64,000 bases of DNA from an uncultured bacterium (GTDB lineage: Bacteria > Hydrothermota > Tepidihabitantia > SM23-42 > JAOAFX01), in assembly GCA_964418185.1 (NCBI GenBank), contig CAYQKL010000003.1, positions 173 to 64,172 of the forward strand, written 5' to 3'. Of the stretch, positions 28,588 through 39,440 are shown piece by piece. Each line of letters starts with the position of its first letter. The stretch's first letter is position 1. The notes under the pieces are model-generated. The model worked only from the letters and a program-made list of their open reading frames with translations, did no database searches and had not been told where the DNA came from. The position numbers and the translations under genes are program-made.

Positions 28588-29498
28588 ATAACAAGTTCTT
28601 CTGGGAATGGATTTAAATATCTTTGTTCTAAGAGATACCTATCTTCAAGCCGATATGCGAAATTCTTTAGCATTTCTAAAATTACCCTGAATTCAACCGT
28701 CCCTTTTTTATATTTTTCAAGAAGGTCTAAGAAATGTTTTCTTTCATTCGGATTTAAATCTTTGGAAAAATAACCAAAGATATGAAGTATCGTGTTGAAA
28801 TGCCTTGCCCGTGATGGCTTTCTTTTAAAGGCATCATAAAAGAGTATTTCATATCTTTCCAATTTCTCATTAATCTTCATATTTCCATCCGCAATGATCT
28901 TCCCAATATCCTTCAAATTCCTTTGATTATAGGTCATAATCAGATACTTATATCTTGTATGGAAATCAATGAGTTCCTTTGCGCTGACCTGTTTTTTTAG
29001 TCCCCGAAAATCAGCAAAAGAGAATATCCTGATCAAGAAGTGCTCACGCAATTCAATATTCTTTAGTCTTCCTTCGGTCTCAATCGGTAAATCTCCGAAC
29101 CTCTTTTTTACGGCTTCAGCAAAAAAACCATCAGTCCTGCCCATTATCTTGTTGTCTTGATAATAATTTGCCGAACCAAGGCCACAGGAAGGAGACTTAC
29201 TCTTCAACACAAAGCCATCAATATCTTTAACCTTTTCTAAAAATCCATTTGCATATTCTTTCATAATATCGGTCAAATCCCTGTTGGTCTCAGGCTGGAA
29301 CAATCTCTTTTGCTTCTGCTCCATAAGAATAATTATCTTTGGTCTGGGCACGCCAAGCCCTATCTCCACCTCCGGGCACACAAGTTCAAAATCCACAAAT
29401 TTCTTTAACCTATCAATAAAATCATCTTTAACAATACCACCATTATACCTTGTGGGATAACCAAAACATTTGCTTAAAATTATCTTTGGCTTTTCCAT
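28584..29498 (-). CDS. DUF523 (TudS/YbbK-like) - DUF1722 (YbgA-like) fusion protein
   Basis: An N-terminal Cys-containing DUF523-like region (CFGYPTRYNGG...CPEVEIGLGVPRP) plus a C-terminal helical DUF1722-like half. Confidence 0.55.
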   Translation of the reverse strand: MEKPKIILSKCFGYPTRYNGGIVKDDFIDRLKKFVDFELVCPEVEIGLGVPRPKIIILMEQKQKRLFQPETNRDLTDIMKEYANGFLEKVKDIDGFVLKSKSPSCGLGSANYYQDNKIMGRTDGFFAEAVKKRFGDLPIETEGRLKNIELREHFLIRIFSFADFRGLKKQVSAKELIDFHTRYKYLIMTYNQRNLKDIGKIIADGNMKINEKLERYEILFYDAFKRKPSRARHFNTILHIFGYFSKDLNPNERKHFLDLLEKYKKGTVEFRVILEMLKNFAYRLEDRYLLEQRYLNPFPEELVI

Positions 29499-29787
29499 AT
29501 TTTAAAATATATCCATAATGCGTATACAGTCAAGGTTTTATTGAATTTTTTACTTTAACAGATAAAGAGTTCTTACAAGGCTAAACTCTGGTTCTGAAAG
29601 AACCATCGGTTTATGATGAAAGCCTCGCCCTACATTTCATACTATAAATAGAATGCAGATGATTTATATCGCGGTTGGAAACCGCTCCTACGGAGACTGG
29701 TTAAATGGTAATTAGTTAAATGGTTAAATAATTTGGCACTTTCTATTTTCACAGATGGAAAAACTGCTCTAAAGAATAATTTTTTCG

Positions 29788-29815
29788 TTGACACAGGAAT
29801 ATTTCAAGATATAAT
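29788..29815 (+). promoter_or_regulatory. Sigma-70-type promoter TTGACA-N16-TATAAT upstream of the rhamnose cluster
   Basis: Read directly in the sequence. Confidence 0.4.
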
Positions 29816-29833
29816 TTCATTCTTTGAAATACT

Positions 29834-31714
29834 ATGATCGAAAAGATTTATAATAATGCCAAGCCATATATACGCTGGTGGTGGTTTTCAGGAAAGATTG
29901 ACCCCAGGGTGGTTGAATATCAACTTGACTGGTGCAAAAAAAATAATTTTGGTGGTGTTGAACTTGCCTGGGTATATCCACTACCCAATTCCGAACCAGG
30001 TCCAGAATGGCTTTCCGAAGAATTGAGTAGAATCATTGCCCACACCAAAGACTATGCCACAAAAATCGGCCTTGGCTGCGATTTTACATTTGGAACTGCC
30101 TGGCCATTTGGTGGCTCATTTATTGATGAGAAAGATGCATCAAGGAATTTTTATGGTCTATCCGCACAGCGCTTGGAAAAATCCTGGGAGATGCCCCATT
30201 CAAAGCCTGGATATATCCTTAATCATCTTGACCATAATGCCCTTGAAAGGTATGGAGAAAAGATCGGCAGGTTCTTTGCGCCTGCTTTAAGGATAGACCC
30301 CTCAGCTCTTTTCTGTGATTCCTGGGAAGTAGATACAAAATTGCTCTGGACCGAAGGATTTGAAAAACTTTTTATGGATGAATTCGGCTATGATATAAGA
30401 TTATACATTCGGGATTTAAATAAGAGGCAGTCTGTGCGTTATGACTATAGAAAACTTATTGCTAAATTAATAATAAACGAATTTTATAAACCATTTACTG
30501 AAATCTGCCATAGACTCGGCGGAATCTCCCGTGTTCAGTGTCACGGTGCACCAACTGATCTGATCGCAGCGTATGCCTGTGTGGATGTTCCGGAGAGTGA
30601 ATCTTTGTTATTTGACCCGCACTTTTCCCAGATTCCTGCATCTGCAGGCGCCCTGTCCGATAAACCAATCATCTCAGCCGAGACATTTACCTGTATCTAT
30701 GGATGGCAACCATATCCGGGTCCTGGTCCATATCAGGAAAAAGAACAACTTGCGGATTTGAAACTCCTTGCTGATGCGCTGTTTGCCAATGGTATAAATT
30801 TCATTGTGTGGCATGGAATGCCTTATAATCCACCTGGTGGTAAGAATAAATTTTATGCCACAATCCACACAGGAGCGGATTGTAATTTTGCCGAAAAACT
30901 ACCTGGATTCAATCAATACCTTGAAAGGGTGAGTGGATTGATGCGTCTGGGCAAACCTTATGGTGAAGTCGCAGTCTATCTTCCCCTTGAAGATGTCTGG
31001 ATACAGAATGAGCTCCCTGAAGAATTGCAAAAGCCGAGTGCCCATTATCACTGGGAATTGCAGTATGTAAAATTTTCAGAATCAGTTTTTGGATTTAGAC
31101 CGTTCTGGATTTCCAACCAGTTCTTAGATACGACTGTGTTTGAAGACGAAAAGATTAGAATCGGCGATATGAAATTTGATTTTGTCTATGTAGATGTTGA
31201 CTGGCTTGATATTAATGCATTGCAGAATTTTATCAGACTTGCAAAGCAGGGCTGTCCGATCTGTATCAACAAAAAACCAAGCCAGCCTGGATTTAATAAA
31301 GAAAAAAAATATGATGAACTCATGAGAGAACTCTTTTCCCAGAAAAGTGTAAGTGGCATATTGCAAAAAACAGCAAAAAAGCCACCATTGATAGAAGGTC
31401 ATTTAATTCCGGAGTTCTGGTGCCGTAAGATTGATGACGACCTTATTATCTTTTTCAGTCATCCAATGACAAGGTCTATATCCTATCCAATGCGCTATGG
31501 ACAATCATTCTGCGAAACCGGTATGAATGTAAAGATTGTAATAAATTATGCAGGCCATAAAAGTGAATTAAACCTTCAATTCAAACCCTATCAATCAATA
31601 ATTTTAAGAATGAGTAAACAGGGTAGTGTAAAATTTGAAGATATAAATTTTGTTGTGCCTTCACCATCAATCCCTGATATTGATGAACATAGGAGAATAA
31701 ATGCCATTACTTGA
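29834..31714 (+). CDS. Glycoside hydrolase, GH106-like (putative alpha-L-rhamnosidase)
   Basis: The N-terminal PYIRWWWFSGKID...GGVELAWVYP resembles GH106. It is followed by rhamnose catabolic genes. The family assignment comes from memory, not from a search. Confidence 0.45.
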   Translation: MIEKIYNNAKPYIRWWWFSGKIDPRVVEYQLDWCKKNNFGGVELAWVYPLPNSEPGPEWLSEELSRIIAHTKDYATKIGLGCDFTFGTAWPFGGSFIDEKDASRNFYGLSAQRLEKSWEMPHSKPGYILNHLDHNALERYGEKIGRFFAPALRIDPSALFCDSWEVDTKLLWTEGFEKLFMDEFGYDIRLYIRDLNKRQSVRYDYRKLIAKLIINEFYKPFTEICHRLGGISRVQCHGAPTDLIAAYACVDVPESESLLFDPHFSQIPASAGALSDKPIISAETFTCIYGWQPYPGPGPYQEKEQLADLKLLADALFANGINFIVWHGMPYNPPGGKNKFYATIHTGADCNFAEKLPGFNQYLERVSGLMRLGKPYGEVAVYLPLEDVWIQNELPEELQKPSAHYHWELQYVKFSESVFGFRPFWISNQFLDTTVFEDEKIRIGDMKFDFVYVDVDWLDINALQNFIRLAKQGCPICINKKPSQPGFNKEKKYDELMRELFSQKSVSGILQKTAKKPPLIEGHLIPEFWCRKIDDDLIIFFSHPMTRSISYPMRYGQSFCETGMNVKIVINYAGHKSELNLQFKPYQSIILRMSKQGSVKFEDINFVVPSPSIPDIDEHRRINAIT

Positions 31715-32852
31715 TATAAGAGAACAGGCGGTCCGCAGAAAGCCTGAGGAACTTATCAGACATCTAAAGAATTTCAGACTCAATCTTAAATTCTCTGCTG
31801 GTATATGGTATTTTTCACCATCTGACTCCAGATTTCATGAAAAATATAAAAAGGACTTAGATATAAGAACCCGACTCGATATTGCAGAAAGACTGATTAG
31901 TTATGGACTTACCGGGCTTGAAGCACATTATCCCAATGAGATAAACGAAAAAAATCTTGAAGTCTGGAAAAAGTTTTTAAAATCAACTAAAATGAAACTT
32001 GTGACGATTGTTCCCCTTTTATTTAGAAGCAAGATATTTGAATTTGGCTCTCTATCGAACCCGGATTACAGAATTCGCAAAAAGGCAATAGATTTGACAA
32101 AGAAGACCCTGAAATTAAATAAAGAACTTGATACAGAGTTTGCAGTCATCTGGCCTGGAATAGATGGCTATGAAAATCAGTTTGGCATTGATTTTTATCA
32201 GATGTGGGATAACTTTGTCAGTGGACTTGCCAAGGCAATGGATGATGTTCCTGGGGTGCGAATTGCATTTGAACCAAAACCATACGAACCAAGGGGGAGG
32301 ATCTTATTCGGAACGACTGCCGAAGGTCTACTACTATGCCACAGGGTTGAAGCATTGTTGAAAAATAAAAGGAATAGAGAAATTTTGAAAAATGGACACA
32401 GCCTCTGCTGTCTAAATCCTGAGATTGGTCATGTGTTGATGGCATATGAAGACCTTGCCTATGCATATTCACTCGCCTTGAGTGAGGCACGATTGGCACA
32501 TATGCATCTCAATAGCCAGCCATTAGGAAATTTTGACCAGGATTTGAATATTGGGGTTATTGGACCAGAGCAATTTGAAGCCCTTCTCTATGTCTTAAAA
32601 ATGCATTCTTACAAAGGCTGGTTTGGTATTGATATAAATCCTGAACGGATGGATGTTGAGACTGCAATAAAAATATGTATTGATGCAATACGCTCGGCAA
32701 ATGACCGTATAAACGAACTTGATTATGAATCAATAGTATATGCAATAAACCATCCAGAAAAGACGCGTGGCTGGATAGAGGCATATCTCATCAGGATGCG
32801 TGCAGTCTATCCTGAAAATATGCCCTATCTCAAACCATTGAAAAATAGATGA
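31701..32852 (+). CDS. Xylose-isomerase-like TIM-barrel sugar isomerase (class I XylA-like, ~383 aa)
   Basis: IAFEPKPYEPRG, NPEIGHVLMAYEDL and HMHLNSQ...DQDL align with class I xylose isomerase motifs (EPKPNEPRG, NPEVGHEQMA, HIDLNGQ..DQDL). Confidence 0.6.
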   Translation: MPLLDIREQAVRRKPEELIRHLKNFRLNLKFSAGIWYFSPSDSRFHEKYKKDLDIRTRLDIAERLISYGLTGLEAHYPNEINEKNLEVWKKFLKSTKMKLVTIVPLLFRSKIFEFGSLSNPDYRIRKKAIDLTKKTLKLNKELDTEFAVIWPGIDGYENQFGIDFYQMWDNFVSGLAKAMDDVPGVRIAFEPKPYEPRGRILFGTTAEGLLLCHRVEALLKNKRNREILKNGHSLCCLNPEIGHVLMAYEDLAYAYSLALSEARLAHMHLNSQPLGNFDQDLNIGVIGPEQFEALLYVLKMHSYKGWFGIDINPERMDVETAIKICIDAIRSANDRINELDYESIVYAINHPEKTRGWIEAYLIRMRAVYPENMPYLKPLKNR

Positions 32853-34396
32853 AAAAATATCTACTCGGCGTAGACATCGGAACCACTGGAAGCAAGGTTG
32901 TTTTGATAGACGAAGAGGGCAGGGTCATAAACAATATTACAAATGAATATCCGATAAATGTCCCTGAGCCAGGCTGGTCAGAACAGAATCCCTGCGATTG
33001 GTGGAAGGCAACGATTAAATCAATAAGGGGGGTAATTCAGAAATCCCGTATAAAACCAGATTCAATCACAGGTATTGGTATTACAGGTCAGATGCATGGG
33101 CTCGTTTTGCTTGATAAAGAAAAAAATGTATTAAGACCCTGCATACTCTGGAATGACCAGAGAACTGTAAAAGAATGCCAATACATAAACCGCAGAATTG
33201 GAATGGGAAAGTTAATAGAGATTGGAGGCAAACCAGCATTAACGAGTTTTACTGCAGGTAAAATTTTGTGGGTCAAAAAAAATGAACCAGATATTTATAA
33301 AAGGATTGCTCATTTATTATTGCCCAAAGATTATGTTCGTTACTTACTTACGGGTAAAATGGCAATCGATGTCAATGATGCCTCTGGAACCTGTTTGTTT
33401 GATGTTAAAAAAAGAGAATGGTCAGAAGATATTATAGGTGAACTAAAAATTGATAAAGCCTGGCTACCAGAGGTTTATGAATCATCAGAGATCTGCGGTA
33501 GTATTAATGATGAAGTTGCAAATCTTGCCGGATTGAAAAAAGGAACACCAGTGGTATGTGGTGCTGGTGACCAGGCTGCACAGGCAATAGGCACAGGGAT
33601 TTATAAATCCAAAGGTATATCAGTAACGATTGGCACATCTGGTGTTGTCTTCGTCGCAATCGATGATTATAAGTTTGATAAAACCGGAAGGTTGCACACA
33701 TATTGCCATTGTATTCCCGGGATGTGGCATATTATGGGTGTGATGCTCTCGGCTGGTGGCAGTCTGAAATGGTTCAGGGATACATTTTTTAAAAAAGAAA
33801 TGGAATATGCACAAAAAAAGAATATTGACATTTATGATATAATGAGTGATGAGGCAGCAAAGATAAAACCAGGTTCAGAAGGATTGATATTCCTTCCCTA
33901 TCTATCAGGTGAAAGAACACCCCATCCGGATCCCTATGCAAGAGGTGTGTTTTTTGGTCTCTCTTTAAAACATACCCGTGCCCATATGACCCGTGCCGTG
34001 ATTGAAGGAGTGACCTATGGTTTGCGCGATGGCCTGGAATTGATAAAAGAAATGGGGATAAAATTCAATCGGATAAGGGTCTCTGGTGGTGGTGCAAAAT
34101 CCCATTTATGGAGAAGGATTATGGCAGATGTATTCAACATTGACATTGTTACTGTCAATGCCACACAGGGTGCTGCGTATGGAGCTGCACTTATCGCTGG
34201 TGTTGAAACTGGAATTTATAAAGATGTTGATTCTGCCTGTAGAAAGACAATAAAAGAGACGGGTATAAAAAAACCAGGAAAAGATATTAAAATCTATCAA
34301 AGATATTATGAGGCGTATCGTTTGCTTTATCCTGCACTCAAGGAACATTTTGTATCATTGAATAAAATCTCAAAAGGAGCATACCTTGAAGAATAA
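32849..34396 (+). CDS. FGGY-family carbohydrate kinase, xylulokinase-like
   Basis: N-terminal LGVDIGTTGSKVVLID..EQNPCDWW and a C-terminal FGGY domain. Confidence 0.8.
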   Translation: MKKYLLGVDIGTTGSKVVLIDEEGRVINNITNEYPINVPEPGWSEQNPCDWWKATIKSIRGVIQKSRIKPDSITGIGITGQMHGLVLLDKEKNVLRPCILWNDQRTVKECQYINRRIGMGKLIEIGGKPALTSFTAGKILWVKKNEPDIYKRIAHLLLPKDYVRYLLTGKMAIDVNDASGTCLFDVKKREWSEDIIGELKIDKAWLPEVYESSEICGSINDEVANLAGLKKGTPVVCGAGDQAAQAIGTGIYKSKGISVTIGTSGVVFVAIDDYKFDKTGRLHTYCHCIPGMWHIMGVMLSAGGSLKWFRDTFFKKEMEYAQKKNIDIYDIMSDEAAKIKPGSEGLIFLPYLSGERTPHPDPYARGVFFGLSLKHTRAHMTRAVIEGVTYGLRDGLELIKEMGIKFNRIRVSGGGAKSHLWRRIMADVFNIDIVTVNATQGAAYGAALIAGVETGIYKDVDSACRKTIKETGIKKPGKDIKIYQRYYEAYRLLYPALKEHFVSLNKISKGAYLEE

Positions 34397-35183
34397 TTTA
34401 TTGGACCAAATCATAAATGATATTGGCGAGGTTGGAAATCATCTATGGGAAAAGGGTTGGGCAGAGAGGAATGCCGGGAATATCTCGGTTGATGTCACGG
34501 ATATAATTAAAATAAAAAAACGGACTAAAAACCCCAAGAAAATACCTATGAAGATTGGTGAACCAATTCTTGCAAATCGTTTATTCCTTGTTAGCGGTAC
34601 TGGTGTGCGTCTCCGGGATATAAAAAGAGAACCTCAAAAATGTCTTTTACTTGTTCAGATTGCAGAAAAAGTTGATGGTTACTATATAATTGACGGAAAT
34701 AAAAAGAACTTCTCAACATCAGAATTCATAAGCCATCTCCTGATACATTCATTTCTTTTACGGAATAAAATTGATAAAAGGGCAATAATCCACACCCATC
34801 CCAATCATATAATAGCACTCTCTCATATAAGAAAATATTCAAGTGAGAATGCATTCAATCGTTTGATCTGGTCAATCCATCCTGAGGTAAAGGTTGTCAT
34901 TCCCGAAGGCATAGGTTATGTCAAATATAATTGTCCAGGGACAGAAAGGCTTGCCCGCGCAACGTTAAAAAAACTCAAAAACCGCAGGTTGATAATCTGG
35001 GAAAGACACGGTTGTGTGGCAATAGGTAAAGACCTTTATGAGGCATTTGACCTCATTGATACAGTAAACAAAGCAATCGAAATATTTTTCATATGTAGGA
35101 ATGCTGGCTATAATCCCAAGGGACTGAAAAGTATACAGTTGAAAGAATTAGAAAAAATATTTAATTTAAAGAAAAATGTCTGA
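34386..35183 (+). CDS. rhaD: Rhamnulose-1-phosphate aldolase (class II aldolase/adducin family)
   Basis: N-terminus LWEKGWAERNAGNISV is the RhaD-typical W.KGW.ERN.GN motif. Zn-binding His cluster IHTHPNHIIALSH. Confidence 0.8.
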   Translation: MKNNLLDQIINDIGEVGNHLWEKGWAERNAGNISVDVTDIIKIKKRTKNPKKIPMKIGEPILANRLFLVSGTGVRLRDIKREPQKCLLLVQIAEKVDGYYIIDGNKKNFSTSEFISHLLIHSFLLRNKIDKRAIIHTHPNHIIALSHIRKYSSENAFNRLIWSIHPEVKVVIPEGIGYVKYNCPGTERLARATLKKLKNRRLIIWERHGCVAIGKDLYEAFDLIDTVNKAIEIFFICRNAGYNPKGLKSIQLKELEKIFNLKKNV

Positions 35184-36633
35184 CACATATCTTGCCTTTG
35201 ACCTCGGTGCGGAAAGTGGAAGGGCTATACTGGGTAAGATCAAAAAAGATAAATTAACGATCAAAGAGATCCATCGTTTTCGCAACAAAACGATAAGGTT
35301 GTCTGATGGTTTACACTGGGATATTGAACATCTCTTTCGGGAAATCAAAAGCGGACTCAATTTCGCCTTTATCGAAACCAGTGAATTAAAATCAATTGGC
35401 ATAGATACCTGGGGTGTTGATTTTGGACTCTTTGATGAAAATGACAGACTCCTTGCACCACCATTCTCTTATCGCGACCCGGGGACCAAGGGGCTTGTTG
35501 ATAAATTTTCTAAATTGATGAAAAAAGAAGAGTTATACAAGCGCACAGGTATACAATTCTTAGAAATAAATACAATTTATCGGCTGTATTCAATGATTAT
35601 ATCTGAAAATGAAATTCTAAAAAAAGCACATTCGCTTTTATTGTTGCCCGATATTTTCAATCACTTTTTTACAGACATAAAAACAAGTGAATTCACATTT
35701 GCAACCACAACCCAGTTATTTAATCCATTAGAAAGAGATTGGGATTCAGAGCTTTTAAAATGTCTGAACATAAAAAGAGGACTCTTTCAAAAGATTGCCT
35801 ATCCAGGAAAGGTTCTTGGTAAATTAAAAAAAGATTTTGGACAATCTGATATAGATGTCGTTCTTGTTGCCTCACATGATACTGCATCAGCCGTTGCTGC
35901 TGTGCCGGCAAAACAAAAGGATTTTATATATATCAGCTCGGGAACCTGGTCATTGATGGGTATTGAATCAGATAGACCTATTATCAACCAGAAATCATTT
36001 GAATACAATTTTACGAACGAGGGCGGTATTGGTCAGACCTTTAGATTTTTGAAGAACGTACTGGGTTTAGGAATACTGCACGCCTGTAAAAAAGAATGGG
36101 AAGAAAAACAATCCTTTGATTATCATACATTGATAAATCTTGCCCGGAATGAAAAACCTTTTTTAAGTATAATTAATCCATTTGATATAAGGTTTTTAAA
36201 CCCCAGGAATATGACCGAAGAGATCACCAAATACTGTATTGAAACCAGCCAACACAAGCCCCAGACCATTGGTCAATTTGTGCGCTGTATCTTAGAAAGC
36301 CTCAGCCTTGCCTATCGCCATACCCTTGAGCAGATAAAGGAAATAACAAACCAAGATTTTACAGTTATCCACATAATCGGCGGAGGTTCTTTGAACGAAA
36401 TGCTCTGCCAGTTTACGGCTGATGCCACAGGAATACCGGTGTATGCAGGACCGGTTGAGGCAACTGCCATTGGCAATATCTTAACCCAGGCAATGGCATT
36501 GAAAAGAATAACCTCTGTAAACGAATTGAGAAGCATCGTCCAGAATTCTTCTGACCTGAAAGACTACCCGCCTGGGGACAAAAAGATCTGGGATGATGCC
36601 TATGGTCTTTATCAGAGGCTTATTGAAAAATGA
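35176..36633 (+). CDS. rhaB: Rhamnulokinase
   Basis: LAFDLGAESGRAILG...IKEIHRF matches the RhaB N-terminus. FGGY fold. Confidence 0.8.
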   Translation: MSDTYLAFDLGAESGRAILGKIKKDKLTIKEIHRFRNKTIRLSDGLHWDIEHLFREIKSGLNFAFIETSELKSIGIDTWGVDFGLFDENDRLLAPPFSYRDPGTKGLVDKFSKLMKKEELYKRTGIQFLEINTIYRLYSMIISENEILKKAHSLLLLPDIFNHFFTDIKTSEFTFATTTQLFNPLERDWDSELLKCLNIKRGLFQKIAYPGKVLGKLKKDFGQSDIDVVLVASHDTASAVAAVPAKQKDFIYISSGTWSLMGIESDRPIINQKSFEYNFTNEGGIGQTFRFLKNVLGLGILHACKKEWEEKQSFDYHTLINLARNEKPFLSIINPFDIRFLNPRNMTEEITKYCIETSQHKPQTIGQFVRCILESLSLAYRHTLEQIKEITNQDFTVIHIIGGGSLNEMLCQFTADATGIPVYAGPVEATAIGNILTQAMALKRITSVNELRSIVQNSSDLKDYPPGDKKIWDDAYGLYQRLIEK

Positions 36634-36655
36634 AATTTGTTGATTGGAGCGTATT

Positions 36656-37918
36656 ATGAGAAAAAATATTGAGTCACAATACAAGTTAGCACAAAGGTAT
36701 TATAAAAGAATTGGTGTTGATACAGACAGAGCAATAGATAAAGTTCTTAATAAACCCATTTCTTTACAATGCTGGCAGGGCGATGATGTGGTTGGCTTTG
36801 AAGCACAAAAAGGTGGTTTGTCCGGGGGTATTCAAATCACAGGCAATTACTTGGGTCGGGCGAGAAATATCTCAGAATTAAAACATGACCTTGATATGGC
36901 ACTGAGTCTCGTTCCGGGTAAGAACCGCGTGAGCCTCCATGCAATCTACGGCGATTTCCGCAATCAAAATATTGATCGTAACCAGATCAAATTTGAACAT
37001 TTCCTGACCTGGGTTGATTGGGCAAAAAAGAAGAGAATAGGTTTGGATTTCAATGCTACACTCTTTTCTCATCCATTGTCGGAAAGTGGCTTTACCCTGG
37101 CAAGCAAGGATAAAAAAATACGGAATTTCTGGATTGAACATACTATTCGCTGTAGGGATATTGCCGCAAAGATGGGCAAATTTTTGAAAAAGACGGTCAT
37201 CCATAATCTCTGGATTCCTGATGGTATGAAGGATATATGCATTGACCGCATCGGTTATCGGAGATTATTAAAGGATTCTCTGGATAAGATATTCCAGATA
37301 AAATATAACAAAAAAGCTTTGAAGGATGCCCTGGAGCCAAAACTATTTGGCATTGGCTCAGAGACCTATGTAACTGGCTCTTTTGAATTCTACCTCGGTT
37401 ATGCCTTAAAGAACAATTTGATGCTCTGCCTTGACCTCGGGCATTTCCATCCCACTGAATCGGTTGCAGATAAGATATCTTCTCTTTTGCTCTTTATGAA
37501 AGAAACCTATCTCCATATCAGCCGGGGTGTTCGCTGGGATAGTGACCATATACCGATATTTGATGATACATTGAGGGAAGTTTTTCTGGAGATAGTTAGA
37601 TGCGATGGTCTGGATCGGGTTCACATCAGCCTTGATTATTTTGATGCTACATTAAACCGTATTGGTGCCTGGGTCCTGGGTGCAAGGGCGGTCCAGAAGG
37701 CACTACTCTATGCCCTGCTTGAACCCCGGAAGGAACTCTTAAGTCAAGAAGAGAAAGGTAACTACTTTGCGCGGTTAAATATATATGAAAGTCTTAAGAC
37801 ACTGCCGTTTGGTTCAGTATGGAACTACCTATGCTACAAATCTGATGTGCCTCAGGATTTAAATTTGTCTGATAATATCTACAGATATGAGACAAATGTT
37901 TTGAAGAAAAGACAATAG
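36656..37918 (+). CDS. rhaA: L-rhamnose isomerase
   Basis: PISLQCWQGDDVVGFE matches the RhaA signature (HCWQGDDVSGFE). The ORF-track TTG at 36644 is probably not the start, because the ATG at 36656 has a GGAG RBS. Confidence 0.85.
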   Translation: MRKNIESQYKLAQRYYKRIGVDTDRAIDKVLNKPISLQCWQGDDVVGFEAQKGGLSGGIQITGNYLGRARNISELKHDLDMALSLVPGKNRVSLHAIYGDFRNQNIDRNQIKFEHFLTWVDWAKKKRIGLDFNATLFSHPLSESGFTLASKDKKIRNFWIEHTIRCRDIAAKMGKFLKKTVIHNLWIPDGMKDICIDRIGYRRLLKDSLDKIFQIKYNKKALKDALEPKLFGIGSETYVTGSFEFYLGYALKNNLMLCLDLGHFHPTESVADKISSLLLFMKETYLHISRGVRWDSDHIPIFDDTLREVFLEIVRCDGLDRVHISLDYFDATLNRIGAWVLGARAVQKALLYALLEPRKELLSQEEKGNYFARLNIYESLKTLPFGSVWNYLCYKSDVPQDLNLSDNIYRYETNVLKKRQ

Positions 37919-37956
37919 TTGGTTGACAAACCACAAATCTTAGGATATAATATTTT

Positions 37957-39306
37957 ATGCCTGTTATACTAACCATATCCGGTCTCAGGGGAATCGCGGA
38001 TGAAGATTTTTCTTATGACAGAATAGGATTCTATGCAAAGGCGTATTCATTTTTTTTAAAGGCAAGTACAATGGTCGTCGGTTATGATACAAGAAAGTCA
38101 AATTTTCTATTAAAAGATGGAGTTATAGATGGAATTAACTTTATGGGCTGCAATGTCATAAACCTTGGAATTGTTCCCACACCAACCGTGGTCTATATGG
38201 TGCGAAAACTAAAGGCTGATGGCGGAATTATGGTCACTGCAAGCCATAATCCACCGGAATGGAACGGCCTGAAATTTATCGCATCAAGGGGTGAGTTTAT
38301 CAATGCCCAGGAGTTCCAGAGGTTCATGCTTTATCTTGATTTTTTCAAAGCCAACAGAAGTAAGTTCATAGAATATAGAAAATGCTACTATGGAGAATGC
38401 AATTATCAAAAAGAAGCATACATTGCACATATAAATAGAATAATACAGTATTTGGGCTTGAAAAATCTAAATCTCAGGGTCGGGGTTGATGCAGTGTGTA
38501 GCACGGGTTCAATAATTCTGCCCAAACTCCTTGAAATGGCAGGTTGTAAGGTATACAAAATAAACTGCACTATGAAACATCATTTTCCCAGGCCACCTGA
38601 ACCTACACCAGAGAACATCACCCAATTGTGTAACTTCGTTAAATACCGGAAACTTGACATCGGCTTTGCCCTTGACCCGGATGGAGACAGATTATCAATT
38701 GTGGATGACAAGGGCAATGCAATTGGCGAGGAAAAAACCCTTGTATTGGCAACCGATTATATCTTAAGTAGAAAGAAAGGCACAGTTGTAACAAATCTAT
38801 CAACCACAAGTTTGATGGAGTATATCACGCGTAAACATAAATGCCCTTTATATCGCACAAAAGTTGGCGAGGCTAATGTTGTGAGTAAGATAAATGAGGT
38901 TAAGGCAGTGATTGGTGGTGAGGGTAATGGTGGTGTGATATTTCCAACAATAAACCGCACCCGGGATGCCCTGACCGGTGCAGGGATAATTCTGAAATTA
39001 CTTAAAACCAGAAATAAACCGCTTTCTGAAATAGTTGGTTCCTATCCTGAACGTTTTATGGTTAAGGAAAAGGTGGAAATCTCATCCGAGGAATTTGAAA
39101 ACAAAAAGGATTTGTTGATAAAAAAATTTAGAGGCAGATCTGATTATACCGACGGGTTAAGAATCACTACACCAAATTACTGGATTCACATAAGGCCTTC
39201 AAATACCGAACCGATTGTACGTATCATTGCCGAGGCGAGGGACAAGAAAAAAACCACTAAATTAATCGCATCAGTAAAAGAAATTCTCACCAATAAAACT
39301 GTATAA
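37957..39306 (+). CDS. Phosphoglucomutase/phosphomannomutase family (alpha-D-phosphohexomutase)
   Basis: Active-site loop TASHNPPEWNGLK, metal-binding FALDPDGDRL, sugar-binding GEGNGG. Confidence 0.8.
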   Translation: MPVILTISGLRGIADEDFSYDRIGFYAKAYSFFLKASTMVVGYDTRKSNFLLKDGVIDGINFMGCNVINLGIVPTPTVVYMVRKLKADGGIMVTASHNPPEWNGLKFIASRGEFINAQEFQRFMLYLDFFKANRSKFIEYRKCYYGECNYQKEAYIAHINRIIQYLGLKNLNLRVGVDAVCSTGSIILPKLLEMAGCKVYKINCTMKHHFPRPPEPTPENITQLCNFVKYRKLDIGFALDPDGDRLSIVDDKGNAIGEEKTLVLATDYILSRKKGTVVTNLSTTSLMEYITRKHKCPLYRTKVGEANVVSKINEVKAVIGGEGNGGVIFPTINRTRDALTGAGIILKLLKTRNKPLSEIVGSYPERFMVKEKVEISSEEFENKKDLLIKKFRGRSDYTDGLRITTPNYWIHIRPSNTEPIVRIIAEARDKKKTTKLIASVKEILTNKTV

Positions 39307-39349
39307 TATTATAAAACCAATCATCTCGCATAGAGTAACCATCAATAAA

Positions 39350-39440
39350 AATCGTCTACCGTTATATGGTGTCGCAGCCCGTACCAGGGCTAAATTCCAA
39401 ATCCCAATCCGCCACAAAAAGTGGCGGACTAAATCCTAAA
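39350..39440. repeat. Copy 3 of the repeat family. Carries the stem-loop CCGCCAC-aaaaa-GTGGCGG followed by ACTAAAT.
   Basis: TATGGTGTCGCAGCCCGTA...AATCCGCCACAAAAAGTGGCGGACTAAAT matches copies 1 and 2 at 20395-20700. Confidence 0.5.

Noticed and set aside
29739-29760. Sigma-54 promoter (TTGGCAC-N5-TTTTC) upstream of the rhamnose cluster
   Set aside because: The -24 GG is present, but the -12 element lacks the GC dinucleotide at the correct spacing. A good sigma-70 promoter lies 40 bp downstream.
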